Positions 1 through 13,287 of a stretch of 64,000 nucleotides of DNA are shown here, piece after piece. Numbering within the stretch: the stretch's first letter is position 1; each line of letters begins with the position of its first letter. Made by a program: the position numbers and the translations under genes. The DNA lies in assembly GCA_051362555.1 (NCBI GenBank), contig CM120644.1:1372954-1436953 (forward strand), given 5' to 3'. Origin of the DNA: Lingula anatina (taxonomy: Eukaryota; Animalia; Brachiopoda). Below the pieces are notes generated by a model. That model worked only from the letters and a program-made list of their open reading frames with translations. It was not told where the DNA came from and ran no database searches.

Positions 1-71
1 GAAGCTTCAAGGCGGTAAATGAATTGGATGGGAAATTGGTACAAATGTAGTTGAGCCGAACGCTTCCGAAA

Positions 72-123
<52 letters not shown>

Positions 124-1866
124 TAGGAGGGGAAAAAACGCCCATATTGTCAGGAAGGAATTTTTTAATGCAGTTAATGCAGTGTATTATGCAATCCTCA
201 TTCCAAGCATATAAGATGTAAATAAACCAAACAAAACAATGGGACATTTTCTTCATAGCCACATACTAAAGTAAGCTCGATACATGCAAACTTTAATTCA
301 TTCATGATAGTTTATTCCCATGTGTGTAAAATATTGGGCTGGTACAAATGTATGCAATTTAGATACGTTCACCTCAACTAGTTTATTAAAGCATTGCCTA
401 TGTGGAGATGGAACATAGCCGCATTTATTTGATAATGAACTCTCGCAAAACCCGCAAAAACACACACTGAGAGAGTGTCTATCTTCAGGTGTATACATTG
501 TATTAACACTTATTTTTAATTAGCAGATTCAAGGCGTTCTATGCTTTACTTTGACTGAGGCGTTATTTAACGACTCTCCCCTCCTTCAAGATGGGTCCAG
601 CGCTCCCGCTGACTACACGTGAATTGGGCGTCCGCCAGTAGTCATTCTTTCATGAATTGAATCACTGGGAGCGCTGGACTATGTGTACAACTTTTTTCCA
701 TCTGATTAATGTACCACTTTGAAGCTTACAAGTACATATGACGCGAACCCGATTATGTCCATTATAGCCATCAAAGTGTTTTCATTGTACCCCAGACGCT
801 TCTTATCTAATGAAACACCCGTAAATATGTCTTGCCCTCACCTGTCGTAACTTCTGAATCAATGAGTGACTTGCCAACTTTGTGATGGGCAGACAAACTG
901 GTGACATTTTTTTAGAGTTTTTCATTTGGTGTACAGGTAGTTAATTTAACAGCCTTAGTAGATAAGTAGGTATTTTGGAGGTTTCCTTGCATTTGAATGA
1001 GAGCTTCAGAGAGCTACCTTAGGTTCTAGATTCCAGTATTGTCAGCTCGATCTTGATTTCATATGTAACCCATATCAGAAATACTGACTCTAGCCACTAC
1101 CGACAGATTGGGGGGGGGGTCGGCAAAATTTTGCCTGGGGCGCTTTCATATTTGGAAGTCACATGTCTCGTACGTCACAGATATGCCCCGCCTGGAGCTG
1201 CCTTCCCCGCCTTGAGCTGACGTCATATCTTGCAGACGAGACAAAGAAGCAAAGTGGCTGACGTGGAGTTTGAAGTTTGAACTGAGATATCTTGCATTCT
1301 TAAATCAGTGCCACAACAAAAGCACCCTTCTGCTTTAAAAACTGATTTTGGGTACAGCCACTGCGTATTCCTTATAGTGGTTTCGGACATACAGTGTACA
1401 GTAGCTGTCAAACTTTGCACACGGCAAGCATGTCTATTGTGTTTATATCTTCAGGAGCAAATGTTTTTTGATAAGCAAAACAATACCACAACATCTAGTG
1501 TCTCATTTTCTTCTAAAAAAAAGATATTATTAATTTTTCAATTCAAATCTTAAATACAGTAAATAAAATTAAATAAAAGAAAATTAAACATGCTTTACGT
1601 TTGATTTTAGACTTATGACATTCAAATGCAGATTCACTGCGGAGTAATTCCTTTAACTGACGGTACTCGAAATTACCGCTGTTCGTCAGGACCACTATAA
1701 AGCTCCCGATGCAAAGGTGTGAATTGAGCAAGCAAGCTTTTTAGTACCCTGACAATCAGGCACAGAAAGCTCATCCATCTGTTGAAAAATTATATTCCTC
1801 GCCGATGATTTGGACGGCATGTCTTATCTGAGTGTATGTATGTGTATAAGAGAGAAAGAGATAAAT

Positions 1867-1913
<47 letters not shown>

Positions 1914-1990
1914 AGATTCTACACTTGTCCATCAGATTCAGGTACCAGTTTACCTTAAAGCTGAAACGCACATTTTACTGTCACCAACCC

Positions 1991-2585
1991 CAGGCCTACC
2001 CAACTACCAGACTCGGCACCTACGGATCCAGAATAAACCAGTATATCAGACCACACTACCCGTTTTCAAGGTGTGTGTCAGATCGCATTACAGAGTATCA
2101 GCCACCACACCGATTTTGCCTGGTGCACTATGTGATAGCCATAATCCTAAGCGGGGTTGGAAAGTAGTGCATCTCATCTAGATTCATGCGCTGCTGCAAT
2201 TTTCCCTGTTTATGCTAAAAATCTGACAATACCGCAATTTTTTAACATAAAATTTAGGTTCGAACATAGCCAAAGATGTTATGTAAATAAGAACTTGCAA
2301 ACTTATATATTAATTTAGAAAAGTATACCTAATTTTGATAGCGGAAGCAAATTATGCGATTTTTTCACCGACTACCGTCTGTCGCCATGTTGTTGTATTC
2401 ATACGACTCCTACTTGACGAAAACGAGGCGCGATACCCGGATGACAGGTATGCCTACAAAATTTGTGATGGGGTATGATACTCCGTAATGCGATCTGACA
2501 CACACCTTGAAAACGGGTAGTGTGGTCTGATATACCGGTTTATTCTGGATCCGTAGGTGCCGAGTCTGGTAGTTGAGTAGGCCTG
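1991..2585. mobile_element. 595-bp foldback MITE with ~110-bp TIRs
   Basis: CAGGCCTACCCAACTACCAGACTCGG... / ...CCGAGTCTGGTAGTTGAGTAGGCCTG, with a 5-bp TSD AACCC. The empty site ACCAACCCTGTTATG is at 48961. Confidence 0.9.
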
Positions 2586-3140
2586 AACCCTGTTATGTAA
2601 TTCCATCAGCTGTAACGAACAAGTCTTTTAAATCTTCCCAAGGCAGGAAATTCTTATCTAATGGAACGGTCGTAAAAACGTAATGCCCTAACCTATTATA
2701 ACTTCTACCCAGAATTAATAATAAGGTTAGACTTACCATAGTTGTAACAAGTAGACAAACTGATGTTTTTTTTTTCGATGTTCCGTTTTGGTATTATTCA
2801 TCTATAAGTACAAATTGTGATTCATCATTTGACTGTCATGGATACGCGGGTTTGTTGCACGGTATTGTGTTAAAAGTATTAAAAAAATGAACGAATAAAA
2901 AAATGCTTTGTCTTACCTTTGTCATAATTCATTTATTCCGTATGTGTCTCATTTCTAATTAACCATCATGACGTGACGAGTATCTTAAGGCAAATACTGA
3001 CTTGCAAAATATAATAATCACCAAATCGTTTTGTGTTTCGGGTCGGTATATTGCCTTGGTCCAGTTTTGACAGACTTCGACTTATTCAAGCTCCAAGTCA
3101 TACTCTGCCATTTAGCAGACGACACCTCTTTTCGGCCAAG

Positions 3141-3214
3141 ATGGTGAAACTGATTCTACTTGCTGCTCTCCTGGCCGTAGCCGCTGTCCAACTTTGGAAT
3201 GATACTGACGAAAG
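3141..3214 (+). pseudogene. Orphan signal-peptide exon of the Gly/Tyr-rich family
   Basis: MVKLILLAALLAVAAVQLWNDTDE(R). The GT donor is replaced by GA of the (GA)n tract, the TATA is degraded, and there is no exon 2 downstream. Confidence 0.7.
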
Positions 3215-3245
<31 letters not shown>

Positions 3246-4128
3246 CTTTTTAAAGTCTTGCTTTCTTAACTAGACCAATGCAAATCGTTGAATAAGAAGG
3301 CAATTTATGCAAAGAATCAGTTTTCTTTCATATACATATATTGCTGTCAAATGGTGATTTTATCCTCACTGCTACCCAGCTGAGTGATGATCTCAGTGCC
3401 ATACATTAATACTCAGAATATAGGCAATAATTTAAGCTGTGAATATATCTACAGTGTAGTGCAAATTAACCTTTGGCCCTGGTATGTGGGATCTTAATAG
3501 CCAAGGTTGAGAGAGAGAGATACAACTGAAGGGTCCATACTTGTTGTGGATTCAGCTGCAACAGACCGTTCATCTTATGAAGCATTTAGAGTTAGTAAAC
3601 AATCTGGACGACCATGCATTTTTACTTTATTGTTCTGGGAATTATCTTTGTCTTGTTCGAAGTTTCGATTTGATTTTCATGTTCTTTTTTAATATTATGT
3701 GACTTGGATACTATGGGACTTAACGTAACTTTTCAATTTCATTGGGATAAAATTACCAATATGAAAGAAGAAAACGTCGCCTGTCAGTCTGCCAGTCTTC
3801 AGTGGCACTCTGCTTATTAGACGTGCAGTAAAGGCTGAGCGTATCATTTTCTGTATAAAATGATCATTTCTTCGCATGCTTTGTCTCGATTCTCGAGCGC
3901 TGAACAAAATGAAACCACAACAGTAACTTCCTTATAAACAAAAGTAAGGTGAAAGTAGACTGTCCGGATCAATTCTTCTTGTTTTTATTTCTAATTAAAT
4001 TGCACTATTAGATGAATTGAGTATTGGTAAGAGTAAATCACAAAACAATAAACAACTACTCGCTAGTAAACCTCTTTCTCTCACACACACTCAAACACAC
4101 GCACACATACACACGTACATTAACAGAC

Positions 4129-4205
4129 CTTTTACTCCCAGAGTCCCACCTAGGGGCTGCTGCTGCCAAAGCCACGAGGGCAGCGAGTAGAATCAGCTTC
4201 ATCAT
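4129..4205 (-). pseudogene. Orphan signal-peptide exon (subfamily A); exons 2-3 deleted
   Basis: MMKLILLAALVALAAAAPRWDSGSK(R)|gtctgt. Intron 1 matches paralogs down to ~3726 and ends just before the exon-2 acceptor. TATA at 4307-4301. Confidence 0.75.
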
Positions 4206-5176
4206 TTCGGCGGCAAAAGAGGTGTCGTCTACTAACTGTTGAAGTGTGACTTGGAGCTTGACTGAAGTCAAAGTCTGTCAAAACTGGACCAAGGCAACGG
4301 TTTTATACCGTCCCCACACATAACGGATTCGTAATCATTATAGTTTTGGAAGCCAGTATTTTGCCTTTAGATATTTGCGACGAAGGTCGGGAAGGTTAAT
4401 TTAATATGAGACGCATAAGGAATAAATCATCATTTTGGCAACACATCATCAAACTGACAAAATTAAATCTCCCGATTTTTAAAAAGCTAGGAAAGAAATG
4501 AAGACTAAGGAAGAAACACGCCCACACTGGTTAAGCTTTCGGAAATCCTCATGCATGTCTTAAAATGCAAAGAGACCTCCAAATGTCCCACTAATGTCAC
4601 CGCTGCATACCTTAGATATTCTTCTACAATGTTTTAAGAAATTTGATAAGAAAAGAAAATGTTCCCAAAAGCCTCCTTACTCCATTGTTACAAGAAAAGG
4701 AGACTTCAAAAAAAAAATGGTGTCAATTAAAGAAGAAGCAGTTTAGTGGAAATTTTTCAATTGGTCTCAAAAAAGAGACTTATTTACTTTAGCAAACAGA
4801 TTTACATTTTTTGTCATAAGCAACCAATAGTAACGAGCCATTTGAAGCACCTAATGAACTAATGCAAGGTTCTAAATATACAATACCCAATAAAAATAAC
4901 GAAAAAATATCTCTTGTCTGTCTTTTTATCACAAAGTTGGCAAGTCACTTAAGTCAGGGCACGACGATTTTTACGAGTACAGTATTTCATTAGATAAAAA
5001 GTGATTGGAGTAATTAAGATGGAAAGACCTTGTTTATTTCAGCAGTATGGTAGATAACAGACGTAACTGGGTTGGCGTCAATTATATGACATTGTACTTG
5101 TTAGCTTCCAGGTGGTACGTGAATAGGATGGAAAAGAGTAGTAAAACTGTAGCTGCATTGAACGCCTCCGAAATCT

Positions 5177-5216
<40 letters not shown>

Positions 5217-5499
5217 TGGACCTAAAAACGCTCATATTGTGCTTTATGTAATCCTCATTCCAAGCATATTAGATAAAAATAAAACCAAACAAACAAAAGG
5301 GACACTTTCTTCATAGCCACATGCCAAAGTGAACTTGGTGCATGCAGATTTCAATTCATTCATGAAACGTACTAGTATATATCTATATGTGTTCTTTTAG
5401 GTCACATATATACTCAGTCTGCTGGTGACCAGTTAATTTAGGGATTCCTATGCGGAAAAGGACGATAGCTTTTATTAGATTATGAACCCTCTAAAAAAA

Positions 5500-5512
5500 C
5501 ACACACACACAT

Positions 5513-5543
<31 letters not shown>

Positions 5544-5574
5544 AGACACAAAGAGAGAGAGAGAGAAGACACAA

Positions 5575-5605
<31 letters not shown>

Positions 5606-5651
5606 TAAGATACAAAGAGAGAGAGAGAGAGAGATAAGATACAAAGAGAGA

Positions 5652-5682
<31 letters not shown>

Positions 5683-5700
5683 GAAGGGCAAGAGAGGGGA
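5500..5700. repeat. Compound (CA)n/(GA)n microsatellite with repeated GA(T/C)ACAAA interruptions
   Basis: Direct reading; much shorter in the paralogs at ~39430 and ~51830. Confidence 0.85.
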
Positions 5701-6371
5701 ATAGAGAGGATTGACTTGCATGCATTACAACATTTCCATTATTTCTTTAATGAATAGAATTTCAATGATATAAGTCCCTGTAAAAATATGTTATGCTAAT
5801 TTACCGTCGTCTGTTGTCTTACTAAGGGAAAAGGTGATGATCTTGTCTGCATATAATGTCACTGTGACTCATTAAAAATTCTCTAAAGTATAACGAAGCT
5901 TCATGTTAACATTAAGCGTATGTACGGGTGTCATTTTCTTTGGGCAGTACAGCAAATATAAATGTTATTTTTATTGTTAATGTTCTAATAATCAGACGTT
6001 ACACTTGGTATGGGATTGATTTATAGCTTTAGAGCAAGCTAGTTAAAGTTTGTTAATACAAAGAAAACGACGAAGTGGTGCACCTGCTATTAAGCCTGAG
6101 CTTAAATATGAATCCAAGAGAGTGAGAGAGAGAGAGAGATAGAGAGAGAGAGATGGGGATTGAAAGAGAGAGAGAGAGAGATACGGGAGACAGGGATAAT
6201 TTCATCACGCCTAGTCCAGCAGCTAGCCACTACTACTGTTAACTTTACATGATCTCATTAAGACGGTATACAAGAATAAATTAATTGAAAACCAAATTAT
6301 TGAAAAATATAAAGAATAATCGGGTAATGGCAAGTGAGTTTAACATTCATTTTATGTTAATGAGCAACAGT

Positions 6372-6431
<60 letters not shown>

Positions 6432-6962
6432 CGGAAGGCGCGCGCACTAACAATATTTGTTCTTATCAGTCAGACTCACAAAGCAGTATGCCTTGTGGCT
6501 GATAAGTACACTATGGCCGCAACCTTCACATCCATTATTTAGCAGTGACATGTAATCTACTGGTCTTTTCTACATACTAAAGACACTTCTTATAAAACCA
6601 AACAAAGTGTAGGATCATAACCTGTTGTTACTACCGTGAGGCTCAAAGTTTTAAATTTTTTTAGTATGTTTTACCTTTACTGAATTTGATAAGCACAAAC
6701 ATTAAAACAAATCAAGGGAATTATTTTGGACAATCTGACGATACTTGGTAATTGAAACCAAAGTGATAATAGATTTCATGTGTGTCCTATTTAGCCACCT
6801 CTACCTTTACAAATATTTTAAGGCAAAATATTCGGTTCCAAAATGTAATAATTACGCATACGTTTTGTTTTGGCACATTGTAAAATAGCTGCCTTGGTTC
6901 AGTTTTGACATACTCCGACGTCAGTCAAGATCCGAGTCACAAAATCACCGATTGCCACAAGG

Positions 6963-7111
6963 TACTTCCCATATTGCTTCCGAGCACACCAGTCACAATC
7001 TATCACCAAATACCTCCCACATTGCTTCCGAGCACACCAATCACAATCTATCACCAAATACTTCCCACATTGCATCCGAGCACACCAGTCACAATCTATC
7101 ACCAAATACTA
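6963..7111. repeat. 48-bp minisatellite, left part (~3 units) of the LINE-split array
   Basis: Unit CCAGTCACAATCTATCACCAAATACTACCCACATTGCTTCCGAGCACA. Confidence 0.9.
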
Positions 7112-7283
7112 ATAATAATAATAATAATAATAATAATAAGATTCTTATATGGCGCCTTACATTCTATCTCAAGGCGCCTTACAATAATGGCTAATATACT
7201 AAAATCATTAAAATGACTACAATATTTTAATCATAAACTCTCATTGGAAACCATTTAAAATTTACACTACTAAAAATCAATCC

Positions 7284-7332
<49 letters not shown>

Positions 7333-10300
7333 ATATATATATTAAAACAAAATCTAAGAGATATAGACAGAATTAAAAAAGTGGGTCTTTAAAAGAGATT
7401 TAAAATTGTCAAAGTCTTCTGTTTTCCTAATAAAATTTGGTAGACCATTCCACACTCTTGGGGCGTAGATTATAAAAGCACGATCTCCATAACTTTTTAG
7501 GCACCCCTTCTCTAAAACAGAATGTTCTAAAATAAAATCATTCTCAGTATTAAAACGTGTGGACCGCCGTGGTAAGTTAAAACAGATAAGATCAGATAAA
7601 TATAATGGTCCTTGTGAATGGATCGCCTTAAAAATAATACAGAGTACTTTAAAATCAATCCTCTGCTTCACAGGCAGCCAGTGTAATTCTTTCAGAATGG
7701 GAGTGATATGGTGTGTACTATTGTACTTAATTTGACAAACCAGTCTTGCAGCTGAGTTTTGAATAACTTGTAACTTTTTAATCTGATAGTCACAAATACC
7801 AAAGAGGAGACTATTGCAGTAATCTAATCTTGATGATATAAATGCATGTACTAATTTTTCAGTGGTTTTGTTATCTAACACTTTCCTTATTTTTCCAATG
7901 CGCCATAGTGCATAAGATGCTGATTTACACACTTCAGATACACGCTTGCCCATAGTGCCATTTTCATCGAGGGTAACTCCCAGATCTTTTACAGAACTAG
8001 ATGGTTTTATAAGAACATCTCCTATGCAAATGTTGGCATTTGCTACATTTTTTCTATTTGCCTTGAACCTTGATGTAAACCATATCAACTCAGTTTTACT
8101 ATCATTTAAAGCCAACATGTTCACTTTCATCCATTCTCGAATCTCTGCAAGACAAGTCTCCATAGAAGTGATTGTTGCAGACTGGCTGCTCTTGCATGTA
8201 ATATATACTTGTGTGTCATCTGCAAAAATAACAGTGTTCAGACCATGCTTTAGTATGATATCTTCTACAGGTAACATGTATAATGAGAATAGGATCGGAC
8301 CTAAAACAGACCCTTGTGGGACACCGTACTCCAAGTTAACTGGCTGAGATAAAACCGACTCTATTGAAACCCTTTGTGTTCTGTTTTTCAGGTAAGAGGT
8401 AAACCAACTAAGTGCAAGTCCATTCACTCTAAAACGATGCTGCAACCTGTGAAGAAGAATATTATGATCTATGGTATCGAAAGCCGCTGAAAGGTCTAGA
8501 AGAACTAAAATGACATCTCTTTGTTTATCCAGGGCAAGCATTATGTCGTTGTGGACTCGAAGTAGAGCTGTCTCAGTGCTGTGGCCTTCTCTATAGGCAG
8601 ACTGGAATTTTCCAAAGAGTTTATTTTCAGATAGATAGCTGCTTAGTTGGGAACATGCCATTTTTTCAAGAAATTTACCTAAAAAGGGTAGATTTGATAT
8701 TGGTCTATAGTTTTTCAGGACATTTTTACACAGCCCTTGCTTTTTAAGTAATGGTCTAACAATTGCAGTTTTGCAGTTTGATGGAAAGATACCTGTTGAG
8801 AAAGACAGATTTACTAATCTCAAGAGAACTGGAGATAACACACTAATACACTCTTTCACTATATATGTTGGCATGGGATCCAGAGCACAAAACTTAGAAT
8901 TCATCCCCTTTATAACAGAGATAATATCCTTCTCTGAGACCGGTAGGAAATTGCTCAGTTGGGCCCCACCACCCTGACTGGCACACCTGTCTTGAAATTC
9001 ACTTGGTAATGGATCTGATTCTGAGGATCCTGTGGTAGCATTTTGAGTTAAGTCCTTACGAATATCCTTGATCCGGTTTGTGAAGAAATCTGCAAAAACT
9101 TGAGGAAGTGTTGACATTTCCATGTCAGGAAGCACACTTAGCTGGCTTGACTTAGATTCTGAAATCTTGTCCACAATCCTAAAGAGTTCCCTTTGATCAG
9201 CACCTTCAATACAGGTCCGATGGTATACAGTTTTTTGCTTTTCAAGGAGGGTGTGATAGTTAGCTCTGGCAGTTTTGAATAATTCCCGGTGTATTTCCAA
9301 TTTTGAGTTGCACCACTGACGTTCAAGCTTCCTGATCTTTTTCCTTTCTTCGCTGAGTTCAGATGTAAACCATTCAGCCCTCTGTTTCACCAACTTGACT
9401 CTGGTCTGCATTGGTGCAATATCTTCCATGATCTTGGATATAGACGTATTATACAGATCTACTAAGGTACTTGGATCTGTGGTCTGTTCTGCATCCTCAA
9501 AAACATGTTTAAACGCATCATTTAGGATTACTGGATCAAGTTTCGAGATATCTCTACGTTGGATGACTCTTTTTGAAGGTTCCGGGCGTACAAGGTCTGC
9601 CACGAAGTGGATTGCAGCATGGTCTGAAGGAAGGCTGTAGTCTAAAGTGAAACTTTGAAGGCAGGAGTCCGTGCGAGTCAGTACTAAGTCTAGGATATGA
9701 CCCTTTGAGTGGGTGGCTGTTCTGATGTGTTGAGTCAAACCCATTGATTCAATCAGGTCCTTAAACCTCCTAACATCGCTGCATATCTCGTTATCCATGT
9801 GGATATTAAAATCTCCAGCTATTACCAGGCGACCTGGAGAGAACAGAGCGCCTTCTAAAAGCTTGGAAAATTCGTCTACGAAGCTAGATACGGTGTACTT
9901 GTGCTTCTTTGAGTAGGGTGGACGGTATATCAGAATCAAATGCAGCATATCTTTCCGGGTGGAGACATTCACATCAAGGAATTCAAAAGATTTAAACTCT
10001 GACGCTTTGTTTTTTACAACTTTCATGTTGGACCGTGTCATAATGGCAATGCCACCACCTTTCCGGTGAATCCTAGGTCAGTGATGAATTGTATAGCCAC
10101 TGAAGGAGGAGTTAAAGTCAGCATCAAAGAAATTGCAGTTTTTACTATTTATCCATGTTTCTGTTAGCATGAAAATGTCTGTATTATGCTGGTCTATAGA
10201 GTCACACAAATGGGGCACCTTGTCAACCACGGATCTGGCATTCCAAAGAGACATTTTGATGTTATTTCCCAGATGATATGAAGATACACATTTTATGGTA

Positions 10301-10618
10301 CACAAAGTTTTTGGTCTCTTCTCTGTGAAAGTTTTCACTGCCCTGTTAAATTTGTTGATAATGACAGGTAATTGTCTCTGCTTATCACTGCCTGCCCTGC
10401 AGCCCCTGTGTGTTGGTAATACAGGGCTTATACCACTTGTTCTTATTGTCCTGAAAAGCCCCCTGGGCAATACCACATTACTGGCAGTAACTTTCCTACC
10501 AATTTCATGCAGTCTGTTCATTGAGTATCTCATCTTGAGTTGTTGTCACGGTAGTGCTGAAATATCCAGGTGGTCCTTGCTATATATTTGTATGCAACAA
10601 TCTCAGAAAGGCTTGGAA
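7112..10618 (-). mobile_element. Near full-length CR1/L2-type non-LTR retrotransposon (APE + RT) inserted in the 48-bp minisatellite
   Basis: (TTA)n 3' tail at ~7112-7139 and a putative 8-bp TSD AAATACTA (7104-7111 and 10619-10626). A single long frame 10533-7354 is broken by one in-frame TGA at 10078-10080. Confidence 0.92.
7354..10533 (-). CDS. LINE endonuclease-reverse transcriptase ORF (one internal stop at 10078-10080)
   Basis: WNARS, LTETW, GGGIA, IYRPP, AGDFN, HILDL and SDH (APE endonuclease); YRPISNL, LDLSAAFDT, GVPQGSVLGP and FADD (RT); C-terminal SRLDYCNSLL and LHWLP typical of CR1/L2 clades. Confidence 0.9.
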
Positions 10619-11062
10619 AAATACTACCCACATTGCTTCCGAGCACACCAGTCACAATCTATCACCAATTACTACCCACAATGCTTCCGGCCACACCAGT
10701 CACAGTCTATCACCAAATACTACCCACAATGCTTCCCAGCACAACAGTCACAATCTATCACCAATTACTACCTACAATGCTTCCGAGCACAACAGTCACA
10801 ATCTATCGCCAATTACTACCCTCAATGCTTCCGAGCACAGCAGTCACAATCTATCACCAAATATTACCCACATTGCTTCCGAGCACAACAGTCACAATCT
10901 ATCACCAAATATTACCCACATTGCTTCCAAGCACACCAGTCACAATCTATCACCAAATATTATCCACATTGCTTCCGAGCACACCAGTCACAATCTATCA
11001 ACAAATAGTACCCACATTGCTACCGATCACACTAGTCACAATCTATCACCAAATACTACCAT
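10619..11062. repeat. 48-bp minisatellite, right part (~9 units) of the LINE-split array
   Basis: Same 48-bp unit. Confidence 0.92.
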
Positions 11063-12373
11063 GTGTTTATAAAGAGTATCAGGCATGCTCTAGGCGCTTC
11101 CTTTGCATAACGCTGATGATTGAGATACAGTAAACTACATCAAAATACATAACTAGAAAAGCACTAAGAGAGCTAACGCAGACCTACGCAAAGGAAACTT
11201 ATACAAAACGGCATAGAAGTATATTCTTTTTTCTTGTTATTTGGAGGGAACTTTGGGTGTTTTATTGTTATTGGTAGGTTTTCAATACCACATGTAAAGT
11301 TTACTTTCTTCAGAATCAGAGTTTCTTGGAGAATCTTGTAAGAAAGTATATATAGACAATTGCAAAGGCATTCACTGTGTCTTCCATGACGTAGGTCATA
11401 ACGCCAAATATTGGTGCCATTATTAATTAAGCGTCAGTTTATATTGGTGCCATTATTAATTAAGCGTCAGTTTGAATAATGCTTTGTCTTCTAAGAAATA
11501 CATTTAGTCGTGGTGATTTCTGGTAATTAAATAATTAATTCATATTAAATAATTCATTCATATGTTCTCTTAACGTGCTTGTACTATCGGTAAAATATAA
11601 CTTTCTTTTAACTTTTACAAGTACTCAGAATAAAATCTGAGTTTTTAAATAAAAACACATTCGAGTGTTTCTGTATTTCGCCATGCCATGAAGCTTGGTA
11701 TTTTAGTTAAGAAAAATAAGCCTTTCCTGTCTTACATATGTAAATACAAGGCCTTCAGTGGGTCTCGTTGATGCGGAAACAGTTATTTATAGAGTCCTTA
11801 TTTCAAAAACTCTTGCATTTACAATGTGTACTTCAAAGAGGGAGGTTCAGTTTCCGATGAGGAACGTTGCCACAAGAAAAGGGACAACATTTCATTTTGG
11901 ATTTCTATGATGGGGTTTTAAATATGATCCCTGTATATGTGAACTTTTAAATAAATAAATACACGCTTATAAAAAACAAAAACGCTTATAATTCCCATGG
12001 ATATTTTCAATCTATATTGGTTAAAAGAGATTATAAACAAAATGACAGCTTCATCACATATTTTATTGTATAAGCGATGAAAAGTTTCATATATGTAATA
12101 CAGAATATGTTTCCAAATCGCACCGGTCTATTTATGGGCAAAAGCAGTAAAGATATTTAGAATGATATGAGCAAGGAACTGTTTGTTATGGGTCACGTGG
12201 TTGATGTCGTCATATCCGGCTGTGCTCACTGCAGAATAAAGGTTATCCGCATCATCAGTTTCTGAAATATAAAGAAATGTTTGATAATGACTTTTACTTA
12301 CTGCACGGGTCACGGCAGTTATTAAAAACGTACCAATGCATGACTTGATGAATAGACAATTGTCTGAAGTCTC

Positions 12374-13192
12374 TGTAGCCACTTGCAATACTCACACACA
12401 ACAACAACAGCTTTGCGTCGTTTTTACTGATTTATTAAACCGTCAACTGAAAAAATAATTGAAATAAAATAAGAAAATCATCTCATATTCTTGCCCTAGT
12501 TCTTTTATATAATGCTATTAAGTCGCTTAAATAACATCTTTACTTAACAGTTGCATGTTATCCTATCTTTATCTCCAAAATATAAGTAACTCTTACCGAC
12601 TTTGGGCTATTCTAGTGTAATGCAAGCGACTGGGTTCTAAATGATTGTGTAGTAAATCTCATCTGGCGCAACTAACACAATGAAAAAATACGCTTTTAAA
12701 AATAACATTGATTACGAACATAAAACAAACAATCTTTAACTCGCAACTAGTACAGCTACATTCTCGTTTCTAAACAATACACTACACTTAACTGAACTTT
12801 CTTTACTCCAATACTGAAAGGCACAGTGATTGTGTTACATGTACTGTGCATTGTACATCAGACCGGCATTTCTAACGCTACTCAAAGTTGCAGTTTACAA
12901 TGGAAAACTAATTTTATCTTCTCGCAATTATCTTTAAAAGAACTTTCATTACTTAAAAATTAATTGCTAACCTTATGGGCCAGATTCCTGTTACAAGAAC
13001 ACTTGTAATTACGGCTGTCTCAGCATCTTATATCAGCCGATCTCATTCCACGTGGAATCACATTCTATCCCATCATTATCATAAGCGCGCTAAAAACAAT
13101 TGTTACTCAACACCGATGCGACAAACAAGTGAGTAGCGCGTCCAAAGTAAAGAAATAAGATTTATCTATAAAACACTGCTCTGGCAGTAACA
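12374..13192 (-). repeat. 3' LTR of the BEL/Pao element
   Basis: TGTAGCC...GTAACA; direct repeat of 19385-20203, with one mismatch seen by eye (12790 vs 19801). Confidence 0.95.
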
Positions 13193-13287
13193 CTCCCCAG
13201 CCAAAATATAATTGATTTTCTATACAAACAAACAAAACTAACTTACACATGAAACAATGTAACCGGTAAACTGTAACTATTAACTCA

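Noticed and set aside
5480-5725. SLSLSL / RERERE / HTHTHT ORFs throughout the window
   Set aside because: These are translations of (GA)n and (CA)n microsatellites.
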